64,000 bases of DNA, taken from the UHGV virus genome UHGV-1351982. One strand, written 5' to 3'. Each line of letters begins with the position of its first letter. Position 1 is the stretch's first letter. This document shows, piece after piece, positions 36,826 through 46,482 of the stretch. The stretch comes from a virus. The position numbers and the translations under genes are program-made. The notes under the pieces are model-generated. The model did no database searches, was not told where the DNA came from, and saw nothing but the letters and a program-made list of their open reading frames with translations.

Positions 36826-37236
36826 ATGACTACTCCAACTCAGTGGACTGATGAACTGTTCGAAAAAATGTCTTCCGACTACGTTGCTCGTATGGAGCAA
36901 TTCCCAGAAGATGAGCGTCCGGGCGTTAGCATGGAAATTGTTAGCGAAATTGCTCAGGAAAATGGTGTAACTCCGAATGGTTTCCGTATGAAGCTGACCA
37001 AAGCAGGTCTGTATATCAAGAAAGCTGCTGGCTCTACTTCTAAATCAAGCGCATCTACTGGAGAAAAAGCTTCTGGTGGTTCTCGTACTTCCAAAGCTCA
37101 GGCTCACTCCGATCTTCGCTCTGCATTCTCTGATGCTGGCTTAGCACCGGACTTCCTGGACGACGCAATCATCGACAAGCTGACCGGTAAAGCAGCTGCT
37201 CATCTGGCAGAAGCTATCCGAGCTATCACTAAGTAA
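36826..37236 (+). CDS. hypothetical protein (136 aa), likely highly expressed
   Basis: AAGGAAA RBS; host-optimal codons. Confidence 0.55.
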   Translation: MTTPTQWTDELFEKMSSDYVARMEQFPEDERPGVSMEIVSEIAQENGVTPNGFRMKLTKAGLYIKKAAGSTSKSSASTGEKASGGSRTSKAQAHSDLRSAFSDAGLAPDFLDDAIIDKLTGKAAAHLAEAIRAITK

Positions 37237-37272
37237 TTCTTAGATAAATCCACCAACACAAGGAATACAGCT

Positions 37273-37569
37273 ATGAATAAAGCTGAAATTATTGCTCAAT
37301 GCGAAAAATTTGGTGAGTTTTATCTTCATTACGAAAAACTTCGTCAGAAAGGAACCACGTACCTTCAGGGTACGATGGAATTTGATCCAGCTCAGGATAA
37401 ATACCTGGCTGAGCGTATTAAACGTGAGCGCATCCGTAAGCCGAAAGAAGATGAAATCCTTGTTTTCTCTCGTACTAATGATAGCTTCCGTTTCATTCCT
37501 GTTGCGAAAGTTCGCCGTGTGACGAGCCTCCAGTCAGAGTTAGATCGTGCTTCTCCAGTAGGCCGATAA
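37273..37569 (+). CDS. hypothetical protein (98 aa)
   Basis: AAGGAA RBS; terminator follows. Confidence 0.55.
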   Translation: MNKAEIIAQCEKFGEFYLHYEKLRQKGTTYLQGTMEFDPAQDKYLAERIKRERIRKPKEDEILVFSRTNDSFRFIPVAKVRRVTSLQSELDRASPVGR

Positions 37570-37578
37570 GAAACCAAT

Positions 37579-37602
37579 TAGCCCCTATATGGGGCTTTTT
37601 GT
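37579..37602 (+). terminator. rho-independent terminator
   Basis: Hairpin agcccc-tatat-ggggct plus T-run. Confidence 0.55.
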
Positions 37603-37619
37603 ATATTTGGGATATGTAA

Positions 37620-37928
37620 ATGAGCGATCAGGTAAATCAAAACTATGAAGGACACGTTGACGACCAGTCCATCATGCTTTGGGAGAAGGAGGGGGAACAA
37701 GTAAGACTAACCGTATCTGAATTTCGTGGGAATCTATACATGGGAATTCGTTACTGGCTCCAAGATATTACTGGAGAGTGGTTTCCAACGAAATCCGGCT
37801 TCTCTTTTCCTTATACCCTAGAAACTACATCACAGCTATTCTACGCTTTTACGCAAATCCTCAGTGAATCCGAGGTCTTGCATGAAGTACAGAAACGAGC
37901 TGAAGAACTCAAAGCCAAGAATGCCTAG
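37620..37928 (+). CDS. hypothetical protein (102 aa)
   Basis: ORF. Confidence 0.5.
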   Translation: MSDQVNQNYEGHVDDQSIMLWEKEGEQVRLTVSEFRGNLYMGIRYWLQDITGEWFPTKSGFSFPYTLETTSQLFYAFTQILSESEVLHEVQKRAEELKAKNA

Positions 37929-37945
37929 TTCTTGGCTTTTTCTTT
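37912..37945 (+). terminator. rho-independent terminator
   Basis: Hairpin gccaagaa ... ttcttggc plus T-run. Confidence 0.5.
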
Positions 37946-37955
37946 ATAAATGTAC

Positions 37956-37984
37956 TTGCTTTCGACTCAGTTTTCATATATAAT
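37956..37984 (+). promoter_or_regulatory. sigma70-like early promoter
   Basis: ttgctt, 17 nt, tataat, leader ataaattgatgagagg. Confidence 0.55.
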
Positions 37985-38013
37985 ATTTATATAAATTGAT
38001 GAGAGGATCAATT

Positions 38014-38214
38014 ATGGCAATGACAATAACACTTCCAAAGATTCAAGCAAAACTTAATTTGCTCTCCATAGCAAGAATCAATTATCAGGATAGTATCGGC
38101 ACTCCAAACCAGAAAGCGTACAAAGATGCGTGGTTGAAAGAGGCTGCTGATTTAGCTGGTATGGCTGCTCAGTATAATAAAGAACTCAAAATGGAAATTG
38201 CAGACGATGAATAA
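38014..38214 (+). CDS. hypothetical protein (about 66 aa)
   Basis: ATG after GAGAGGA RBS. Confidence 0.45.
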   Translation: MAMTITLPKIQAKLNLLSIARINYQDSIGTPNQKAYKDAWLKEAADLAGMAAQYNKELKMEIADDE

Positions 38215-39178
38215 TGTAAAAGACTTTATCAAACGTTGTCAAGAAGCGTACTACCAGGGAATGAGTCTTATTTCCGATGAAGAATATGATCGTCTGATTA
38301 AAAGATTCCCGTTAGAGGAAGAAATCGGGCCGAAAGGTGATATCCCTCATTTGTATCGTATGTATTCTTTACAGAAAGTCTATTACGATCGTGGTGATAA
38401 AGCTCCATTTAACCCATTAGGTCAGGTTGAAACTGATAAGTTAGATGGTTGTGCGATTTCTCTATTATATATTAATGGTGAATTTGTTCAAGCGTTAACT
38501 CGTGGTAACGGTATTCTAGGGAATGATGTAACGCATAACGTTAAGATGCTGAACATTCCTAAAACTATTTCCCAAAGAGTACCAACTCAAATCACTGGTG
38601 AAGTTCTCATTACTAAAGAAGTAGAGAACAAACGTAACTACGCTTCGGGTGCTATTAACCTGAAAGATAGTGATGATTTCATACAACGTATTGGTGAAGG
38701 TGGTTTAATCTTCGTTGCATATGGTATCCAGTGTTCAGCGGAAACAGTCGGTATTACAGAAGCCTATTTAAAAGATATGCTTTGGCTAGAGAATGAGAAC
38801 TTCTTGACAGTTGTTAATGTTCGTTCCTTTTTTAAATGGATTCCGACGGACGGTAAAGTTGTTCGTATTAACGACAACAATAAATTCTTCCGTGAAGGTT
38901 GGACTAATAAATTTCCTCGTGGTGCATTTGCTATTAAAGAGGATGAAGAAGGCGAAATTACCACACTTGTTAAAGTTGAATGGCAAGTAGGGGCTTCTGG
39001 TAAAGTAACTCCAGTTGGTTATTTCGAGCCGGTGATTATTGATGATGCCACAATTGTTAAAGCAACTCTTAATAACGTTGATTATATTAACGCTCTCGAT
39101 TTAGAGATCGGTTGCCAGATTCGAGTGATTCGTGCTGGTGGTGTAATCCCTTGTATAGTAGAGCGAGTATACGACTAA
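38198..39178 (+). CDS. NAD-dependent DNA ligase, N-terminal (adenylation) subunit
   Basis: KxDG adenylation motif (TDKLDGCA) with LigA-like flanking sequence. Confidence 0.6.
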   Translation: MQTMNNVKDFIKRCQEAYYQGMSLISDEEYDRLIKRFPLEEEIGPKGDIPHLYRMYSLQKVYYDRGDKAPFNPLGQVETDKLDGCAISLLYINGEFVQALTRGNGILGNDVTHNVKMLNIPKTISQRVPTQITGEVLITKEVENKRNYASGAINLKDSDDFIQRIGEGGLIFVAYGIQCSAETVGITEAYLKDMLWLENENFLTVVNVRSFFKWIPTDGKVVRINDNNKFFREGWTNKFPRGAFAIKEDEEGEITTLVKVEWQVGASGKVTPVGYFEPVIIDDATIVKATLNNVDYINALDLEIGCQIRVIRAGGVIPCIVERVYD

Positions 39179-39321
39179 TTCGTAACCCTTTGCTACCCGT
39201 TTACCGTGTCGGAATTATAAAGTGGTTATTGACATTTTCGCCGCTTAGGTATATACTATTATCATTCAGTTGAGGGATAGAAAGTTATGGCGAGGGTAAG
39301 CAAAGTTAGTTAAAATTGTAG

Positions 39322-39350
39322 TTGCTAAATGCTTAAATACTTGCTATAAT
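39322..39350 (+). promoter_or_regulatory. sigma70-like promoter between the two ligase parts
   Basis: ttgcta, 17 nt, tataat, leader ataaattgataagg. Confidence 0.5.
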
Positions 39351-39380
39351 ATTTATATAAATTGATAAGGAAGAAATTTG

Positions 39381-40160
39381 ATGAAAATCGAAATTCCAAC
39401 ACAATGTCCCTCTTGTGGTTCTAAGCTAGATCTTGTCAACGGGCAATTATTCTGTAGGAATAAGTCCAACTGTCCAGCGCAATCAAGTAAGTTAATCGAG
39501 AACTTCTGCACAAAAATGAAGTTAAAGGGCTTTGGCCCGAAAACTATTGAGAAGCTGGAGCTGACTAAGATCTCAGAACTGTTTTACCTGACCGAAGAAG
39601 ATTTGGTCGGAGCTGTGGGTAGCAAGGTTGCCGCTAAATTGATTAGCGAGTTAAATACTAAGGTTCGCGGAGACATTGACTTTGGTTCAGTTCTCGGTTC
39701 TTTAGGAATTCCTCTTATTGGAGAGGTTGCAGCAAAGAAACTGTCCCAAAATTGCACTAGCTTCCACGATGTGAAGGCTGACGGCAAGGCTGGAGAAAAT
39801 TACAAAACCTGGCTAAATTCCCCACAAGGCAAGGATGTTATTGAATTACCGTGGAAATTCTCAACAGGTATTCGAGGTGCTAAAGCGGATATCATCATTA
39901 CAGATGATTTAGTTGCCCAGCCAAATGGAATCACGGTCTGTATTACCGGATCTTTGCAAGATTTTGCAAATCGAACGGATGCAACAAACTATTTAGAAAG
40001 TCTAGGATATACGGTTAAGAAGTCCGTTACCAAAGACGTCAAATACCTAATCTGTGAGGATGAATCAAAACGTTCTTCCTCATCTTATAAGAAAGCCGAA
40101 ACGAATGGGATAGAAATCCTGTCGATTAAAGAACTATTGGAGAAAAATAATAATGTCTAA
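39381..40160 (+). CDS. NAD-dependent DNA ligase, C-terminal subunit (zinc finger, helix-hairpin-helix, BRCT-like)
   Basis: CPSCGSKL ... CRNKSNCPAQ Cys4 zinc finger followed by GFGPKTIEKL helix-hairpin-helix-like repeats. Confidence 0.55.
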   Translation: MKIEIPTQCPSCGSKLDLVNGQLFCRNKSNCPAQSSKLIENFCTKMKLKGFGPKTIEKLELTKISELFYLTEEDLVGAVGSKVAAKLISELNTKVRGDIDFGSVLGSLGIPLIGEVAAKKLSQNCTSFHDVKADGKAGENYKTWLNSPQGKDVIELPWKFSTGIRGAKADIIITDDLVAQPNGITVCITGSLQDFANRTDATNYLESLGYTVKKSVTKDVKYLICEDESKRSSSSYKKAETNGIEILSIKELLEKNNNV

Positions 40161-40920
40161 ACTGAACTGGAACGTAGAAGGTGTAACCGAGTCTCTGAAA
40201 GCAAAAGCCACTGCTCTGGGTGTTGCTGTAATCTCTCAAGAACAAGTAGCTGCTATCGCTGCTGAACTGGCTACCGAGACTGGTAAAGACGTTACCGCTC
40301 GCTCTGTTGGCTCTAAGCTGCGTAAAGAAGGTTTCGAAGTACAGAAAGCAAACGAAGTACAGAAATCCCCGTGGACTCCTGAGCAGGAAGCTGAACTGGT
40401 TGATTTCCTGAACGCTCATGCTGGTCAGTATACTTACGCTGAAATCGCTGCTGCTGTAGCTGGTGGTCAGTTCGGTGCTAAGCAGGTACAGGGTAAGATC
40501 CTGAGTCTGGAAATGACTGCTTCTGTTAAGCCAACCGAAAAAGCTGCTGCTGTTCGTTCCTTCACTCCTGACGAAGAAACTGATTTCGTTAATCAGGTTG
40601 TTGCTGGTGCTACTATTGAAGCTATCGCTGCTCACTTCGGTCGCAATATTAAGCAGATCCGTGGTAAAGCTCTGAGTCTGCTTCGTGAAGGTCGTATCGC
40701 TGCTATGCCGGTACAGGAAACTTCAAGTGCTAAAACTCGTGAAGATCTGTTAGAAGGTCTGGATCTGGCTAACATGACTGTTGCTGAGATCGCTGAGAAA
40801 ACTGGTAAGTCTGAGCGCGGTGTTAAATCTATGCTGTCTCGTCGTGGTCTGGTTGCTAAGGACTATGATGGTGCCGCTAAGCGTGCTAAACTGGATGCAA
40901 AAGCTGCGGCTGCTGAATAA
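40153..40920 (+). CDS. hypothetical Ala-rich protein (255 aa), likely abundant
   Basis: Host-optimal codons; internal repeats; strong terminator follows. Confidence 0.55.
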   Translation: MSKLNWNVEGVTESLKAKATALGVAVISQEQVAAIAAELATETGKDVTARSVGSKLRKEGFEVQKANEVQKSPWTPEQEAELVDFLNAHAGQYTYAEIAAAVAGGQFGAKQVQGKILSLEMTASVKPTEKAAAVRSFTPDEETDFVNQVVAGATIEAIAAHFGRNIKQIRGKALSLLREGRIAAMPVQETSSAKTREDLLEGLDLANMTVAEIAEKTGKSERGVKSMLSRRGLVAKDYDGAAKRAKLDAKAAAAE

Positions 40921-40937
40921 TCTGGTAAATTAAACCT

Positions 40938-40970
40938 AAGGGGAGGGGGCTATGCTCCTTCCCCTTTTTG
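40938..40970 (+). terminator. rho-independent terminator
   Basis: Hairpin aggggaggg ... ccttcccct plus T-run. Confidence 0.55.
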
Positions 40971-41002
40971 CATTTAGAAGGCACGAAAGCGTGCAAAGGA
41001 GA

Positions 41003-42475
41003 ATGACCTTGTTTAACGTGCAAGCTGTAGTGTTGAAGATGCTTCTCGCTTCTGAACAGAAGCAAATAGCATTGGAAACATTCTCAAAACTGCATAAAGA
41101 TCATTTTAATGACGCTTTCTCCTCAATTTACCAAGCCGTCCAGAATTATTATAAGAAATATAACGCAATGCCGTCCATTGACGCACTGATGCTTGAGGCC
41201 AATAGGAACGCCCGCCTTTCTCAAGCTCTTGTCGTCTTAGCTAACACTCAAATTCCAGAAGTGAGCATGGAACAGGCGCTTGAAGTCCTAGAAGCCGAAT
41301 ATACACAGGATCTATTCCTGAAACTTCTAGAAACAGACGTGCTTCAAGATTTAACAATGCTGGATCAGGGAGAAATTCTCAACCGAGTTGCCTCCCTTCA
41401 CTTAAAATTAGAAGAGAAAGTAACGAATACTGGAAAGGTATTCAACGCAGACACAATGCGTATTTTCCAGAGAGAAGAAGATACCAAACTGAACTTGATC
41501 GCTCTTGGTATTTGTAATGAGTTCGACGCTCAAATTGGTTTAGCTCGCACAGAAACGTTACTGCTTGGTGGTTGGCGTGGTACTGGTAAATCCATTATCT
41601 GTTCAAACATACAGGTTCAGCAATATTTGAATGGAGACATTGCTCCATATTTCTCAATTGAGATGAAAGAGCACGAAGTGTTTAGACGTAATCTGGCTAT
41701 GTTAGCTGGAGTATCTGCATTAGCAATGCGTAATAACACTCTTGAAGGTGCTGCTCTGTTGAGATTAGCCAGAACTAGGGCTAGAATGTTTAATGGTGGT
41801 GAAGAGCTTTTCGATAACTTCGTTAAGCAATACACTATGGCTAAAATGAGTGACTTCTATGATATGGAAAGTAAACTCCTTGAAGGCTATGAGCTTCACA
41901 CTCCTATGATCATCGTTTACGATCCTGAACTGTCTATTACGACGGTTGACGTAGAATTAAATAAACTAGTTGCTAAATATGGTGATAAGGTTACTGTAGC
42001 TCTTCTAGACTATATTAACCAAACAAGACTTCCAGATTCAAAGACCATTGATATGTATGACTGGAAAGAACAGATGGTTGTTAGTTCATCTTTCAAATCT
42101 ATATGCCAGAAACATAACGTGGCTGGTGTTGCCCCTTACCAGATTGACCAAGATGGTAGAACGCGTATGTCTAAAGGGATTCTTGATTCCGCAGATATGG
42201 CTGCTAATCTTAACGCTGCAAAAGCTGATAATGGTCAAGGTGCTATTATGTTTGATTTCGTTAAGACTCGTTCCTCTGATAGTGTGAAGTTTATGCCTAA
42301 GATGAACTGGGAAACTCTACGAATGGATAACACTACCAACCTAGCAATGGAAGATATTGCGCAAATGGAAGCTGAGTTCGTTATTCCTATTGAAAAGGAT
42401 AAACCAGCTCAACCTAAACGTGCTAAGAAAGACAAAGCTGAAAATTCAACAGGTGAACAGGCCAGCGATATATGA
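41003..42475 (+). CDS. RecA-fold ATPase, putative DnaB-like replicative helicase
   Basis: Walker A GGWRGTGKS; ATG after AAGGAG RBS (the ORF-track start lies inside the terminator). Confidence 0.5.
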   Translation: MTLFNVQAVVLKMLLASEQKQIALETFSKLHKDHFNDAFSSIYQAVQNYYKKYNAMPSIDALMLEANRNARLSQALVVLANTQIPEVSMEQALEVLEAEYTQDLFLKLLETDVLQDLTMLDQGEILNRVASLHLKLEEKVTNTGKVFNADTMRIFQREEDTKLNLIALGICNEFDAQIGLARTETLLLGGWRGTGKSIICSNIQVQQYLNGDIAPYFSIEMKEHEVFRRNLAMLAGVSALAMRNNTLEGAALLRLARTRARMFNGGEELFDNFVKQYTMAKMSDFYDMESKLLEGYELHTPMIIVYDPELSITTVDVELNKLVAKYGDKVTVALLDYINQTRLPDSKTIDMYDWKEQMVVSSSFKSICQKHNVAGVAPYQIDQDGRTRMSKGILDSADMAANLNAAKADNGQGAIMFDFVKTRSSDSVKFMPKMNWETLRMDNTTNLAMEDIAQMEAEFVIPIEKDKPAQPKRAKKDKAENSTGEQASDI

Positions 42476-43362
42476 GTAGAATAACAGAACTACTTGATCT
42501 GAAAGGCATTGAATACAAAGACACAGGTGGGGACATCCTCATCTGTTGTCTCAATCCAGATCATGATGATAAACACCCAAGCTTGCGTATTGACCCTGAA
42601 TCAGGTATTATGCATTGCTTGAGCTGTGGCTTCGGTAGAGGAATACCGAGCATTTACCATTATTTTAATGAGACTCAGTACAGACAGTCACCAAGATTGT
42701 CACAAGTACGTAAAAAGATTTCAGAGATTAGGAATGGATCTACGAATCTTGCAATTCCTGAATCTGCTTACCTTTTCGAAGGTGATTTCCGAGGTATCAG
42801 TTCTAAGACCTTGAAGAAATATTTTGCTTTCCAACATCAAGCAGACTGGGAAGGCAGAATTGTATTCCCAATAACAGATGCTGTTGGACGCAATATCCTA
42901 TTCCTGGGACGTTCTATAAACAGTTCTGCCCCTCCTAAATACTTAGTAAAACCAAAACAAGTTTCACCACCAATTTTCCCTGTACGATATAATACACCAG
43001 TTCTTGTTCTAGTTGAAGGTATCTTTGATATGTTAAATCTAGAAGATAACGGTGTGGATTATGCTTCTTGCTGCTTTGGTACACATCAGTTTACATCTGA
43101 TAACATTGCCGATAAGTTCAGTCCTTACATTATTGCTGGAGTAAGAGTAGTAGTTATCCTATTAGATAATGATGCCTCTGGTAATAAAGCCGCACAAGCA
43201 CTAGCGAAGCTAATTCGTACAAAAACGCGTTTAACACCTGTAGTTGGTAACTTCCTTCTTCCAGAAGGCAAAGACCCAGGTGATTTAAATAAAGAAGAGA
43301 TCGATATGTTGGCTCAACGTATTGAAATTTTAGTTGCCGAATCGCTCAAAGATTTGGTATAA
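42472..43362 (+). CDS. DNA primase (DnaG-like: zinc finger plus TOPRIM)
   Basis: CCLNPDHDDKHPS ... HCLSCG zinc finger; TOPRIM VLVLVEGIFDM and LLDNDASG. Confidence 0.65.
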   Translation: MSRITELLDLKGIEYKDTGGDILICCLNPDHDDKHPSLRIDPESGIMHCLSCGFGRGIPSIYHYFNETQYRQSPRLSQVRKKISEIRNGSTNLAIPESAYLFEGDFRGISSKTLKKYFAFQHQADWEGRIVFPITDAVGRNILFLGRSINSSAPPKYLVKPKQVSPPIFPVRYNTPVLVLVEGIFDMLNLEDNGVDYASCCFGTHQFTSDNIADKFSPYIIAGVRVVVILLDNDASGNKAAQALAKLIRTKTRLTPVVGNFLLPEGKDPGDLNKEEIDMLAQRIEILVAESLKDLV

Positions 43363-43424
43363 TATATTGGTAAGTTAGAGAAGAAACACTGAAGTTATAC
43401 TTACTTACCAAAAGGAGACTAAAT

Positions 43425-45992
43425 TTGAAAATTGCAGTAGTTGATAAAGCTCTAAATAACACTCGTTATGATAAACACTTCCAGCTTTATGGTGAGGAAG
43501 TTGATGTATTCCATATGTGTAACGAGAAGTTATCTGGTCGTTTGCTGAAAAAGCATATTACAATCGGAACTCCAGATAACCCGTTCGATCCGAACGATTA
43601 CGATTTTGTTGTACTAGTTGGTGCTGAACCTTTCCTGTATTTCGCAGGTAAGAAAGGTATCGGTGATTATACTGGTAAACGTGTGGAGCATGGCGGCTAT
43701 GCCAACTGGATTGCAAGTATTAGTCCAGCTCAGCTACACTTTAAACCTGAAATGAAACCAGTTTTCGATGCAACTGTAGAAAGTATTCATGACATTATTA
43801 ATGGTCGTGAGAAGATTGCAAAAGCTGGTGATTATCGTCCTATTACTGATCCAGACGAAGCTGAAGAATACATTAAGATGGTGTATAACATGGTTATCGG
43901 ACCTGTCGCATTCGACTCCGAAACCTCAGCTTTGTACGCTCGTGATGGTTATCTGCTTGGTGTTTCTATGTCTCACCAAGAGTATCAGGGTGTTTATATT
44001 GACTCTGACAGCATCACCGAAGTAGCTGTACATTATCTCCAGAAAATTCTGGATAGCAAGAATCATCAGATCGTTTTTCATAACTTGAAGTTCGATATGC
44101 ACTTTTATTCCTATCATTTAGGACTTTCCTTTGAGAAAGCACATAAAGAGCGTAGACTTCATGATACCATGTTACAACACTATGTTCTCGATGAACGTCG
44201 TGGTACTCACGGCTTGAAATCTCTGGCTATGAAGTATACTGACATGGGCGATTACGACTTTGAACTGGATAAGTTCAAGGATGATTATTGCAAAGCACAT
44301 AAAATCAAGAAAGAAGATTTCAGCTATGATCTGATTCCATTTGATATTATGTGGCCTTATGCTGCAAAAGATACCGATGCTACTCTGCGTCTGCATAACT
44401 TCTTCTTACCGAAAATTGAGAAGAATGAAAAACTTCGCAGTCTATACTATGATGTTCTGATGCCTGGTTGCGTATTCCTGCAACGTGTTGAAGATCGTGG
44501 TGTACCAATTTCTGTTGATCGCTTGAAAGAAGCTCAGTATCAGTTAACTCACAACCTGAACAAGGCTCGTGAAAAGCTGTATACTTATCCAGAAGTCGTT
44601 CAGCTAGAGAAAGATCAGAACAAAGCATTTAACCCGAACTCTGTTAAGCAACTTCGTGTTCTTCTGTTTGATTATGTTGGTCTGACTCCAACTGGTAAAC
44701 TGACAGATACAGGTGCAGATTCTACAAACGCAGAAGCTCTGAATGAATTGGCTACTCAGCACCCGATTGCGAAAACTCTGCTAGAGATTCGTAAGCTGAC
44801 TAAGCTGATCTCTACTTATGTTGAGAAGATTCTTCTGAGCATCGATGCAGATGGTTGCATTCGTACCGGTTTCCACGAACACATGACTACTTCTGGTCGT
44901 CTGAGTTCTTCTGGTAAGCTAAACCTGCAACAGTTACCGCGTGATGAATCTATTATCAAGGGTTGTGTAGTAGCTCCCCCTGGATATCGTGTAATCGCAT
45001 GGGACTTAACAACTGCGGAAGTTTATTACGCTGCTGTACTGTCTGGTGACAGAAACATGCAACAAGTATTTATCAACATGAAGAATGAGCCTGATAAATA
45101 CCCTGACTTCCACTCAAACATCGCACACATGGTATTTAAACTGACCTGTGAACCACGTGATGTTAAGAAGCTGTTCCCAGCTCTGCGTCAGGCTGCTAAG
45201 GCAATTACCTTCGGTATTCTGTATGGTTCTGGCCCAGCTAAAGTAGCTCATTCTGTTAACGAAGCTCTTCTGGAACAGGCTGCTAAGACAGGCGAACCGT
45301 TTGTTGAATGTACCGTTGCAGATGCGAAGGACTATATCGAAACTTACTTCGGTCAGTTCCCTCAGCTTAAGCGTTGGATTGATAAGTGCCACGATCAGAT
45401 CAAGAACTTTGGATTCATCTATAGTCACTTTGGTCGTAAGCGTCGTCTGCACAACATCCATTCCGAAGATCGTGGTGTTCAGGGTGAAGAAATCCGTTCT
45501 GGATTTAACGCAATCATTCAGTCTGCATCTTCTGATAGCCTGCTGTTAGGTGCTATTGATGCTGATGAAGAAATCCTATCCCTGGGTCTAGGAAAAGAGA
45601 TGAAGATCGTCATGTTGGTTCACGACTCCGTGGTTGCTATTGTACGTGAAGATCTGATTGATCAATATAACGAGATTCTGATTCGTAACATCCAGAAGGA
45701 TCGTGGTATTAGTATCCCTGGTTGCCCAATCGGTATTGATTCTGATTCTGAGAAAGGTGGTTCTCGTGACTACTCTTGTGGTAAGATGAAGAAACAGCAC
45801 CCATCAATCGCTTGTATTGATGATGATGAGTATACTCGTTATGTTAAGGGTGTATTACTCGATGCAGATTTCGAGTATAAGAAGTTAGCTGCAATGGATA
45901 AAGAGCATCCAGACCACAGCAAGTACAAGGATGATAAGTTTATTGCTGTATGTAAAGATCTGGATAATGTGAAAAGGATTTTAGGTGCTTGA
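43425..45992 (+). CDS. DNA polymerase, family A, with 3'-5' exonuclease domain
   Basis: Exo I FDSETSAL; polymerase motif VMLVHDSVV; TTG start 8 nt after AAGGAG RBS. Confidence 0.7.
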   Translation: MKIAVVDKALNNTRYDKHFQLYGEEVDVFHMCNEKLSGRLLKKHITIGTPDNPFDPNDYDFVVLVGAEPFLYFAGKKGIGDYTGKRVEHGGYANWIASISPAQLHFKPEMKPVFDATVESIHDIINGREKIAKAGDYRPITDPDEAEEYIKMVYNMVIGPVAFDSETSALYARDGYLLGVSMSHQEYQGVYIDSDSITEVAVHYLQKILDSKNHQIVFHNLKFDMHFYSYHLGLSFEKAHKERRLHDTMLQHYVLDERRGTHGLKSLAMKYTDMGDYDFELDKFKDDYCKAHKIKKEDFSYDLIPFDIMWPYAAKDTDATLRLHNFFLPKIEKNEKLRSLYYDVLMPGCVFLQRVEDRGVPISVDRLKEAQYQLTHNLNKAREKLYTYPEVVQLEKDQNKAFNPNSVKQLRVLLFDYVGLTPTGKLTDTGADSTNAEALNELATQHPIAKTLLEIRKLTKLISTYVEKILLSIDADGCIRTGFHEHMTTSGRLSSSGKLNLQQLPRDESIIKGCVVAPPGYRVIAWDLTTAEVYYAAVLSGDRNMQQVFINMKNEPDKYPDFHSNIAHMVFKLTCEPRDVKKLFPALRQAAKAITFGILYGSGPAKVAHSVNEALLEQAAKTGEPFVECTVADAKDYIETYFGQFPQLKRWIDKCHDQIKNFGFIYSHFGRKRRLHNIHSEDRGVQGEEIRSGFNAIIQSASSDSLLLGAIDADEEILSLGLGKEMKIVMLVHDSVVAIVREDLIDQYNEILIRNIQKDRGISIPGCPIGIDSDSEKGGSRDYSCGKMKKQHPSIACIDDDEYTRYVKGVLLDADFEYKKLAAMDKEHPDHSKYKDDKFIAVCKDLDNVKRILGA

Positions 45993-46482
45993 TTTCAAAT
46001 TGCCCGTATATGCTTTACGGGCGTTTGTATCAATTGAGCAGGAAGGTGATTATTCCGTAATTACAACAAGATATAATAAATATGTGCTGGATAACAGGGA
46101 GTTGCCTGGCACATTCTCTCAACGTAGGTTAGCCTTATTTGAGAAGCGGAAAGAATTACCTTATAAGCTCTATCCTATTCGTGGTAGAATATCAATGTTG
46201 TCCCAATTAGTTGGGTCAAAGCGTAGCCAGTTCATAGATTCTGATGGAAATCTCATTAACTGGAAGAAAACTACGTTCTATGATGTTATCACGTCTAAAG
46301 TTCTGCATTCTGCAAGAATTTATAATGGAAAGTATCAATGCTATGTGGCTAAAGTCCCATATCCATTCGTGCTATCCTATGTTCCAGCTTATATAAGCTA
46401 TATTCTGGTAAATAATAGCCCTGTTATTTATCAAGTCCATCAAGAGGAGCCTGAAATTCCTAGACTTAGAATAAAATTATGA
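45985..46482 (+). CDS. hypothetical protein (165 aa)
   Basis: GTG start after AAAGGA RBS; overlaps polymerase stop. Confidence 0.45.
   Translation: MLDFKLPVYALRAFVSIEQEGDYSVITTRYNKYVLDNRELPGTFSQRRLALFEKRKELPYKLYPIRGRISMLSQLVGSKRSQFIDSDGNLINWKKTTFYDVITSKVLHSARIYNGKYQCYVAKVPYPFVLSYVPAYISYILVNNSPVIYQVHQEEPEIPRLRIKL

Noticed and set aside
40126-40635. Antisense ORFs inside well-supported genes (40126-40635, 48309-49016, 51060-51638, 9816-10310, 17624-18196)
   Set aside because: They lie opposite genes with strong RBSs and recognisable motifs and show Ser/Leu/Phe-rich composition typical of antisense frames
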